DNA from: Candidatus Geocrenenecus huangii
GTDB taxonomy: Archaea > Thermoproteota > Nitrososphaeria_A > Caldarchaeales > Wolframiiraptoraceae
Length of the DNA stretch: 24,248 nt
Assembly (NCBI GenBank): GCA_023254095.1
Contig: JALNLM010000008.1
Span: forward strand, 42,067-66,314
Reading direction: 5' to 3'
Part shown: piece by piece, positions 17,237 through 24,248 of the stretch
Layout: every line of letters starts with the position of its first letter
How positions within the stretch are numbered: the first letter of the stretch is position 1
Notes under the pieces: generated by a model
Seen by the model: the letters and a program-made list of their open reading frames with translations, nothing else
Told to the model about the DNA's origin: nothing
Database searches by the model: none
Translations under genes and position numbers: made by a program

Positions 17237-18394
17237 CTACCATTTTTTCTCGATTCTTTCTCCAATCACTATATTTTTGCGGCTTAGGTTTTCTAGAAAC
17301 TTTTCTGCAGGTATACATACTTCAGGAGGCTTGACCCCCTTAAATCTTATCTCTTCTTTAACCATCATTTGAGCAGCGATTGATGCGGGGACTCCTGTAA
17401 GATAGCTGGAGGCCGATGTATTCCACTCCTTCTTTGAAGTCGACAATGCATACATTGAGTAGATGATATCTCTACCATCTTTCTTACCTATAATCTTAGT
17501 AAAGATGCATGCAGCATCATCTATCGTGTCTCTAGTTGGATCAAACATGCATCTCCTTAGGATATGAGTTGTGAAATCTTTTATGGAGAGCTCTAAATTA
17601 TCTATAGTTATATGCTGGTCAGAGAAGAATCCGAGCTTCTTGAGAATATCAATCATGTCAAAATCGTAATTTATCTTAAAGTCTACATATCTTAATCCTT
17701 TACCAATGTATTTAGGGATGGTTGCAAGCTCTGAGTGAAGACTGAAACAAACTTTCACTCTCCCAACAGGTTCTGGAAACTCGAACTCTTCTACTCCACT
17801 AAGTGGCGGCACCTCTTCACACTTTCCATCCTTAAAGATTACAGCGTTCCTCGTCCATTCATCCATCATGGTTTTTACAGAAAATTTGAATATGGCTCTC
17901 TGCGGAGGCCTTAAATCTCTATCTCCATCTCTAATCAAGATAGAGTCTACTTCATCGAGTCTATCTGAAACATATCTTGCCAAGATGTTGCTTATGCCAG
18001 GATCTTCTCCGCAACCGATTAGTATAGATGCTTCGGCTCTCCTAGCATCATCGTCCAAGTCCAGCTGCTTCAAAGTCATATAGTATAATCCACCTAGATC
18101 GATGAGTCTAGCTTTCGCGTTTATAGCCGCCCTCGTCGCCTCCAAGTTATACTCGAACCATGTTGAATTGATTGTTACATCATATTTCTTCATCTCTTCT
18201 GCGAGGAGATCCACTCTTCTAACATCTATATACCTAAATGATAATCTACCATCGTTGATCGATTTAATGAATCTGAGAGCTCGGTCTCTATCTATCTCTC
18301 CTATGACGACTTCTTCTACACTGTCGCTTGATAGTAGGTCTCTAACTATTACTGAGCCTATCGCCCCAGCCCCTCCCAATACTAGAAACTTCAT
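17237..18394 (-). CDS. Saccharopine/carboxyspermidine dehydrogenase-fold oxidoreductase, paralogue 3
   Basis: VLGGAGAIG, IDLGGLY, GCGEDPGISNILARY, HSEL and SYLTG.P motifs; SD GGTGAGGT upstream of the ATG. Confidence 0.88.
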   Translation of the reverse strand: MKFLVLGGAGAIGSVIVRDLLSSDSVEEVVIGEIDRDRALRFIKSINDGRLSFRYIDVRRVDLLAEEMKKYDVTINSTWFEYNLEATRAAINAKARLIDLGGLYYMTLKQLDLDDDARRAEASILIGCGEDPGISNILARYVSDRLDEVDSILIRDGDRDLRPPQRAIFKFSVKTMMDEWTRNAVIFKDGKCEEVPPLSGVEEFEFPEPVGRVKVCFSLHSELATIPKYIGKGLRYVDFKINYDFDMIDILKKLGFFSDQHITIDNLELSIKDFTTHILRRCMFDPTRDTIDDAACIFTKIIGKKDGRDIIYSMYALSTSKKEWNTSASSYLTGVPASIAAQMMVKEEIRFKGVKPPEVCIPAEKFLENLSRKNIVIGERIEKKW

Positions 18395-18424
18395 ATGTTC
18401 TACCTCACCGCTACATGTTTTCTT

Positions 18425-19486
18425 CTAGATGGGTACTATGAGGCTTGAGTTCTTTCTCCATCCTATCTCGACAAAGTCTCCGGGATGGTGCATCCTCTCT
18501 AGTTCTGCTGATCCATGTTTATGGACTATGAATGTATTGCCTTGTACGTCCACTCGATACTCTATATATGAGCCCTTGAATATTATTGATTGTACTGTAC
18601 CCTTAAACAGGTTATCTACATCGTGTAGCTTATCGCTTATCTCAACCATCTCCGGTCTAACCATCACCGCCACCCTGCCTTTTGTTAAAGACTCAGTACA
18701 GTAGATTGTTCCAAGGCTTGTATCTACTAGACCGTTTTCTCGAACTTCACCCTCAATGAGGTTTACGGCTTCGCCTATGAAGGATGCGACGAACGTATTG
18801 GATGGCCTATAGTAGATCTCTAAAGGCGTACCCACTTGCTGTACTTTTCCATCTTTCATTATAGCTATCCTATCAGACATAGTCATCGCCTCGGTCTGGT
18901 CATGTGTAACATATATGAATGTTGTCTTGACTCTTCTCTGAATATTCTTCAACTCGACCATCATATGCTGTCTTATCTTTAAGTCTAGTGCTCCTAGCGG
19001 TTCATCTAGGAGGAGGACTTCAGGCTCAATGACGAGTGCACGAGCTAGGGCGACACGCTGCTGCTGACCGCCGCTAAGCTGGTTTACCCTCCTATTTTCT
19101 AATCCTTCAAGCTTTACGATTTCTAGAATCTTCTTTACTTGCCTCCTTATTTCCTCTTTTTGAACCTTTCTCATTTTTAATCCGAAAGCTATGTTTTCGA
19201 ATACATTCATGTGTGGGAATAATGCAAGATGCTGGAAGACCATTCCTATGTTTCTCTTATGTGTGGGCACGTCCGTGACGTCTTCACCATATATTTTGAC
19301 TATTCCTTCATCGGGTTCTTCCAGTCCAGCGATTATCCTCAAGGTTGTTGTTTTACCACATCCTGAAGGTCCTAAGAGAGAGAAGAACTCATTTTCCCTA
19401 ATCTTCAAGTTAACATGGTCTACTGCCACTACGTTCCCAAATCTTTTAACTATGTTCTCCAACTCTACAGAGAATACGTCATTCAT
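18425..19486 (-). CDS. potA: Polyamine-type ABC transporter ATP-binding subunit
   Basis: Walker A GPSGCGKT, LSGGQQQRVALARAL, LLLDEPLGALD, YVTHDQ.EA and C-terminal TOBE domain; ATGA overlap with potC. Confidence 0.9.
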   Translation of the reverse strand: MNDVFSVELENIVKRFGNVVAVDHVNLKIRENEFFSLLGPSGCGKTTTLRIIAGLEEPDEGIVKIYGEDVTDVPTHKRNIGMVFQHLALFPHMNVFENIAFGLKMRKVQKEEIRRQVKKILEIVKLEGLENRRVNQLSGGQQQRVALARALVIEPEVLLLDEPLGALDLKIRQHMMVELKNIQRRVKTTFIYVTHDQTEAMTMSDRIAIMKDGKVQQVGTPLEIYYRPSNTFVASFIGEAVNLIEGEVRENGLVDTSLGTIYCTESLTKGRVAVMVRPEMVEISDKLHDVDNLFKGTVQSIIFKGSYIEYRVDVQGNTFIVHKHGSAELERMHHPGDFVEIGWRKNSSLIVPI

Positions 19487-20262
19487 CTCTCCAACCTCCT
19501 CTCAGCCCTCAATCTGAAAACTGCGAATAGGAAGGAGATAGATAAAGCAAAGGATGATAGGGAGTTCAGTTCTGGTGAGACCCCTCCCCTAGCGGCTGAA
19601 GACCATACTATCAATGGGAGTGTCTTGAATCCTGGACCCGTGGTAAAGAGCGTTTTTATCAAGTCGTCGAAGCTCAACGTGAATGCTAGGAGACCCGCTG
19701 CGAGTATTGCAGGATAGAGTGTCGGTAGCGTTATCCTGAAGAAGGTCTGGAACTCGTTGGCTCCCAATGTTCTCGCTGCTTCTTCAATTGATTTATCGTA
19801 TCCCGCCATCCTCGCTCGCATCACTATTGTAACGAATGAAACATCGAATGCTATGTGACCTATTATGACGGTTACCGGGCCGAGAGGTATATTTAAGAAA
19901 ATATACATTATTAGTAGTGAGAGAGCTTCCGCAATCTCTGGTATAATCACAGGTATAAGTATTAAGCTTTCGAGAATGCTTTTTCCACTAAAACTATATC
20001 TTGTAACAGCCATGGCCATCATTAATCCTAGGACCAATGAGACGATCGTTACCACGGCTCCAACCCAGAAGGAATTGAATAAGGCTTTCCAGACTTCAGG
20101 ATTATTGATAACCTTCTCATACCATCTAAATGAGAAATTCGTGAAAACCCCTATAGACTTAGATTCATTGAATGAGAAAACCACCATTACAATTATTGGA
20201 GAGTAGAGGAATAGGAAAACCAAGATAGTGAAGATCTTAAGAAATGGAGTTGTCCCCTTCAT
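19483..20262 (-). CDS. potC: Polyamine-type ABC transporter permease
   Basis: FLYSPI...FSFN, FS.RWY, EEAARTLGA (EAA loop), FTLSFDD and TLP motifs; TAATG overlap with potB. Confidence 0.88.
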   Translation of the reverse strand: MKGTTPFLKIFTILVFLFLYSPIIVMVVFSFNESKSIGVFTNFSFRWYEKVINNPEVWKALFNSFWVGAVVTIVSLVLGLMMAMAVTRYSFSGKSILESLILIPVIIPEIAEALSLLIMYIFLNIPLGPVTVIIGHIAFDVSFVTIVMRARMAGYDKSIEEAARTLGANEFQTFFRITLPTLYPAILAAGLLAFTLSFDDLIKTLFTTGPGFKTLPLIVWSSAARGGVSPELNSLSSFALSISFLFAVFRLRAERRLER

Positions 20263-21104
20263 TAAAATGCTAGCCCCCTCTCCCCTATCTTCCTAACGTA
20301 AGCTATAACTAATGATAAGATAAAAGCGATAAACAGCATTGAGAGCGCTGAGCCTATCCACCAATGTCTTGCACCCATAAAGAATTCGTAGATCAAGTTG
20401 CCGACCATGTAGTTGTTAGGTCCTCCGACCAACTCGGGTATAACGAACTCGCCTACAGTCGGTATAAAGACTAGTAGGAACCCAGCCAATATCCCAGGCA
20501 TGCTTAGAGGAAGAGTTACTTTTAAGAATGTTCTAACAGGTCCTGCGCCAAGAGTAGATGCAGCTTCTAGTAAGGTCTTATCGAGTTTCTCGAGATTCGC
20601 GTATAGCGGTAGAACCATCATTACTAAGTAGTCATAAACCATTACCAAGATGACGGCAGCGTCTGTATACATTATCTTGATCGGTGAATCGATTAATCCA
20701 AGCGAAGTTAGCAATGTGTTCAAGAAGCTTCTTTCATCGAGTATGCTCATCATCGCATACGTTCTTAGAAGGAAGCTAACCCAGAAAGGTATTATGAACA
20801 ATATTATGAAGAGGTCCTTATATTTTTTGATTTTAAAAGAAATATAGTAGGCTACAGGGTATCCTATGAGGAGACACAATAGTACAGTAACCCCTGCAAA
20901 ATAGAGTGAGCGAAGGAATATTCCCATGGCCCCGGTCCAGCTTAATACCCTAGAGTAATGTACTAGAGAAGGTGTAAAAACTATCTGACGATTAATATTA
21001 ATCATGTCGAAACTGTATAACCCAACTATAAAGAATGGAGCGTAAAACCAGATTGCCAAGAATAGCAGTGGCGGAGTGAGAAGAAATGATATCTTCACAA
21101 CCAC
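20262..21104 (-). CDS. potB: Polyamine-type ABC transporter permease (true start may be further upstream, at ACG 21146)
   Basis: IGYPVAY, PFWVSFLLRTYA, LLEAASTLGA, TLPLSMPG and P..GEFVIP.LVGG motifs. Confidence 0.88.
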   Translation of the reverse strand: MVVKISFLLTPPLLFLAIWFYAPFFIVGLYSFDMININRQIVFTPSLVHYSRVLSWTGAMGIFLRSLYFAGVTVLLCLLIGYPVAYYISFKIKKYKDLFIILFIIPFWVSFLLRTYAMMSILDERSFLNTLLTSLGLIDSPIKIMYTDAAVILVMVYDYLVMMVLPLYANLEKLDKTLLEAASTLGAGPVRTFLKVTLPLSMPGILAGFLLVFIPTVGEFVIPELVGGPNNYMVGNLIYEFFMGARHWWIGSALSMLFIAFILSLVIAYVRKIGERGLAF

Positions 21105-21179
21105 GTTTCTTCTTATATGTTTTAGTAAAGTATCGCTGAAGCCCGTCTACTCCCCCCTCCTAGAGAGCATATGGAGGCT

Positions 21180-22352
21180 TTACGCAGCCATTAGCTCAAG
21201 CCAGTATTCCGCCCTCTTCGCTCTTTCTTCTGGTGTGAAGGGTCTCGTCCAGTAAAGCTTATCCAATAACTCATCAGGAGTAAATATCACAGGATCGTTA
21301 CGTAATTCTTCAGGCACGTAATCTTTACCAGTAGGGAATGGATACTTAACAGTAATAGTGCAGATAGCCGATATCACGGGGTCGAGTATGAAGTTTATGA
21401 ATGCGTGGGCCGCCTCAATGTTTTTCGCCCCCTTCGGGATCACGAAATTATCAGCCCAGGCCAGAGCCCCCTCCTCTGGAACAGTGTAAGAAATGTATTC
21501 GAGATTTTTGGTTATCGTTATCTCCCTCTCATCTGAAGCATATATTATCCCAGCTATATCTCCATTGTATGCGTGACTGATCAAGAATCTCCCAGCTTCT
21601 AGGCCCGCCATGTATTCTTCTGTTGACGCATAACCTGCAAGATAAGGCTTCTGCTTCTTCAATAATTCTACAGCCTCTCTAAGATCTTCATCTTTAGTAC
21701 TCGTCGGGTCTCTTCCAAGATATATCAGTGCTGCTCCAAATGTCTCGATAGTATCTGTATGCATTGTTATCTTTCCTTTGTATTTTTCGAGGTGGCGGTC
21801 GACCTCGAAGACGTCCGCCCACGCTGTAACCTCTGGTGAAACCTCTTGACTATTCCATCCAAGACCTGTCGTCCCATAACTGTATATTACACTGTATTTG
21901 TTTCCAGGGTCGTAATATGGATTCTTAAACCTCTCAGGTACATACTTAAAGTTAGGTATCTTCTTCAAGTCTATCGGTTCTAAGACTCCTAGATTAGCTA
22001 ATTCTTGAAGAGGTGAATCTGATACTACTGCCAGGTCATATCCGCTGGTTCCCGTTTGAAGTTTAGCGACCACCTCATCTAAAGATTCAAATGTATCGTA
22101 AACTATGCTTACACCATTTTCCCTAGCCCACCAGTCAACGATGTTTCTATTGATGTAATATGTCCAGTTGTAGATGTATAGGTTTGGCTCAAGCTCAACT
22201 TTTTCTAACTTTATCTCCTTAGAGAGGGCTTCTACTTCTTTTTTAAGAGATTCAACTTCACTCTGACGTGAAATATATCCTCCGACTCCTCCAATCGCCA
22301 ATCCTAAAACTCCGCTTACCATTATCTTTAATACGTCTCTTCTGTCAACCAT
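21180..22352 (-). CDS. potD: Polyamine-type ABC substrate-binding protein (PotD/PotF family) with twin-arginine signal/anchor
   Basis: MVDRRDVLK Tat-like motif plus hydrophobic helix; LYIYNW..YI, GYDL, DPGNKYSV.Y..GTTG, YNGD, PEEG...WADN and AHAFINF motifs. Confidence 0.88.
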   Translation of the reverse strand: MVDRRDVLKIMVSGVLGLAIGGVGGYISRQSEVESLKKEVEALSKEIKLEKVELEPNLYIYNWTYYINRNIVDWWARENGVSIVYDTFESLDEVVAKLQTGTSGYDLAVVSDSPLQELANLGVLEPIDLKKIPNFKYVPERFKNPYYDPGNKYSVIYSYGTTGLGWNSQEVSPEVTAWADVFEVDRHLEKYKGKITMHTDTIETFGAALIYLGRDPTSTKDEDLREAVELLKKQKPYLAGYASTEEYMAGLEAGRFLISHAYNGDIAGIIYASDEREITITKNLEYISYTVPEEGALAWADNFVIPKGAKNIEAAHAFINFILDPVISAICTITVKYPFPTGKDYVPEELRNDPVIFTPDELLDKLYWTRPFTPEERAKRAEYWLELMAA

Positions 22353-22735
22353 GCCAGATATTTCTCATAGAAAATGATATATAAAATTTTAAAATATGGA
22401 AACGAATATAGTAACTCAAGAACTGTTTTTCTCCCGATTTAATATATGTGGTTTCGAGAGCAGGAAGACGCGCTTAGAATTGGCTACTCCTATTTTTTGT
22501 AACAGTAATGGAGACTCTGAGTTTTGGAGGGTAACGTTTATGGGTTTAATAGATTAATAGATTTTGTCATCAGTTGACTTACCAATTATTTCTTAAGGTT
22601 GAGAAACAGTAACGAATTAATAATGTCCTGCCTACCCAATAGCATTTAATACGTGTTTTCAAAGCTTGTCTCCGAACAGCTAATACATGAAGCAATATTA
22701 AAAAAGATTAAGTAAAGGCTATCAGAGATAGGTTT

Positions 22736-24226
22736 ATGATGAGTCTTAAGTGCCTTTCAGAAAATTATGGTAAACTTCTAAACTATATAGATGGGGAATA
22801 TGTTGAAGCTGATTATGTTGGGTTATTGAAATCGTATGATCCTGGGATAGGTAGAGTTATCGCTGAGGTACCCGTCTCATCTAGCAGAGATGTTGAGGTA
22901 GCTGTTTCATCTGCATTGGAGGCTTTCAAGAAGTGGGCTCAGATACCCATAATCGAGAGGATGAGATATCTTATCAGGTTGAGGAGCCTGATCGAAGAGA
23001 AAAGTGAAGAACTAGCTTTAATGATTGCCCAGAATGTTGGTAAGACTATTAGAGAAGGTCGCGGAGAAGTTCAGAGAACTATTGAAGCAGTAGATTCTGC
23101 ACTAGGTTTGCCTCACTTATTCATGTCGGTGAGAAAGCTCATGAACGTTGCTGGAGGAGATCCTGAAATAGATATGGAGATGGTTAGAGAGCCTCTAGGA
23201 GTATTCGCAATAATATCCCCATTCAATTTCCCAGTAATGATCCCTATGTGGTTTATACCGATGGCGATTACACTTGGAAACACTGTAATAGTTAAGCCAA
23301 GCGAGCTAGACCCTGTACCCATAACGTATTTTATGAAACTGTTTAAAGATGCAGGATACCCTAACGGAGTAGTAAACCTAGTCAATGGAGATGCGTCTAC
23401 AAGCCAGCATCTAATAGAGCATAAAGATATAGTTGGAGTAGCATTCGTGGGATCCAGCTCCGTAGCTGAGAAAATATACTCGGCAGCATCTTCTAGAGGA
23501 AAGAGAGTATTGTGCCAGGCTGGAGCAAAGAACCCCGTTGTATTAATGCCTGACGCAACACCAGACCAATCAGTGGAAAACATAGTTACGGGATTCTTTG
23601 ATATGGCTGGTCAGAGATGTCTTGCACCAGGTCTACTAATCACTGTAGGGGAAGCATATGATAAATTCGTAGAAATGATTGTTAATAGAGTTAGAAGGAT
23701 TAAAGTTGGATACCAGCTTCTAAAAGATACGGACGTCGGTCCTCTAGCGTCTCAAAAAGGCAGACATAGAGTTGTGGGGATGATTGAGAAAGCATTAGAG
23801 GAGGGTGCAGAAACTCTTATCGATGGGAGAGAATATAAAATCGATGAAAAATACCAGTCAGGATTCTATCTTGGACCCACAATATTAGACAATGTATCTC
23901 CAGACATGGAGATAGCTAGAGAGGAAGTCTTCGGTCCAGTCATGCCTATAGTTAGAGCCTCAAGCTTCGAGGAAGCACTCGAGATAGCGAATAGCAGAAT
24001 GTATGGAAATACTGGGACGATATATACCTCGAGCGGTAAGTATGCTAGAGAGTTTGCTAGGAGGATGAATGCTGGAAACATAGCGGTAAACATGGCTGTA
24101 GCCCAGCCGAACCAATTCTTCCCATTCCCGGGAAGAAAGAAAAGCTTCTACGGAGTACTACATGGACAGACTGATGCATTAGACTTCTTCACAGACAGGA
24201 AAGTAATAATGCAGAGATGGTGGTAG
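22736..24226 (+). CDS. mmsA: CoA-acylating (methyl)malonate-semialdehyde dehydrogenase (ALDH family 6)
   Basis: PFNFP.MIP.W..P.A...GN, KPSE, FVGS, GAKN, GQRC (catalytic Cys), EE.FGPV, YGN and SFYG.LHGQ motifs diagnostic of the MMSDH/IolA subfamily. Confidence 0.85.
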   Translation: MMSLKCLSENYGKLLNYIDGEYVEADYVGLLKSYDPGIGRVIAEVPVSSSRDVEVAVSSALEAFKKWAQIPIIERMRYLIRLRSLIEEKSEELALMIAQNVGKTIREGRGEVQRTIEAVDSALGLPHLFMSVRKLMNVAGGDPEIDMEMVREPLGVFAIISPFNFPVMIPMWFIPMAITLGNTVIVKPSELDPVPITYFMKLFKDAGYPNGVVNLVNGDASTSQHLIEHKDIVGVAFVGSSSVAEKIYSAASSRGKRVLCQAGAKNPVVLMPDATPDQSVENIVTGFFDMAGQRCLAPGLLITVGEAYDKFVEMIVNRVRRIKVGYQLLKDTDVGPLASQKGRHRVVGMIEKALEEGAETLIDGREYKIDEKYQSGFYLGPTILDNVSPDMEIAREEVFGPVMPIVRASSFEEALEIANSRMYGNTGTIYTSSGKYAREFARRMNAGNIAVNMAVAQPNQFFPFPGRKKSFYGVLHGQTDALDFFTDRKVIMQRWW

Positions 24227-24248
24227 GAGTCGCAGCCAACATCATAAA

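Noticed and set aside
21147-21149. In-frame TAG before potB as a pyrrolysine codon
   Set aside because: No pyl genes or tRNA-Pyl in the window and the position is outside any conserved domain; kept only as a possible readthrough or mini-ORF stop.
1-24248. CRISPR array, IS element, integrase, rRNA or C/D-box sRNA
   Set aside because: No regularly spaced repeats, transposase or integrase motifs, rRNA-like sequence, or complete C and D box pairs were found by eye.

Overview
AT-rich archaeal chromosomal segment. PCNA, archaeal-type PGK, a FAU-1-like gene, TATA boxes about 25-30 nt upstream of start codons and GGAGG/GAGGTGA Shine-Dalgarno sites point to an archaeon; a thermophilic TACK-type lineage is my inference only. 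Left half: tandem two-domain GH130, two solitary ECF S-components, a gap-pgk pair combining a bacterial-type class I GAPDH with an archaeal PGK, a ribbon-helix-helix/nucleotidyltransferase fusion, a short FAU-1, a rare methanogen-type SerRS, PCNA and a B3/4 editing-domain protein. Middle: tRNA-Pro(TGG) followed by a decayed patch (gene fragments, intact vapB, frameshifted vapC), a small Cys-rich protein and a radical SAM gene. Right half: a potD-potB-potC-potA polyamine-type ABC operon running into two saccharopine/carboxyspermidine-dehydrogenase-fold paralogues, a third paralogue about 4 kb away, and a divergent CoA-acylating (methyl)malonate-semialdehyde dehydrogenase. The best candidate for a new system is this putative oxidase-independent, NAD-dependent polyamine/amine catabolic locus. 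Its genes also show unusual initiation signals: a CTG start, a TTG start, and an SD-sequestering hairpin with an in-frame amber mini-ORF and ACG before potB. The second candidate is the RHH-nucleotidyltransferase fusion, which lacks the conserved Arg and has an inverted repeat over its own TATA box.
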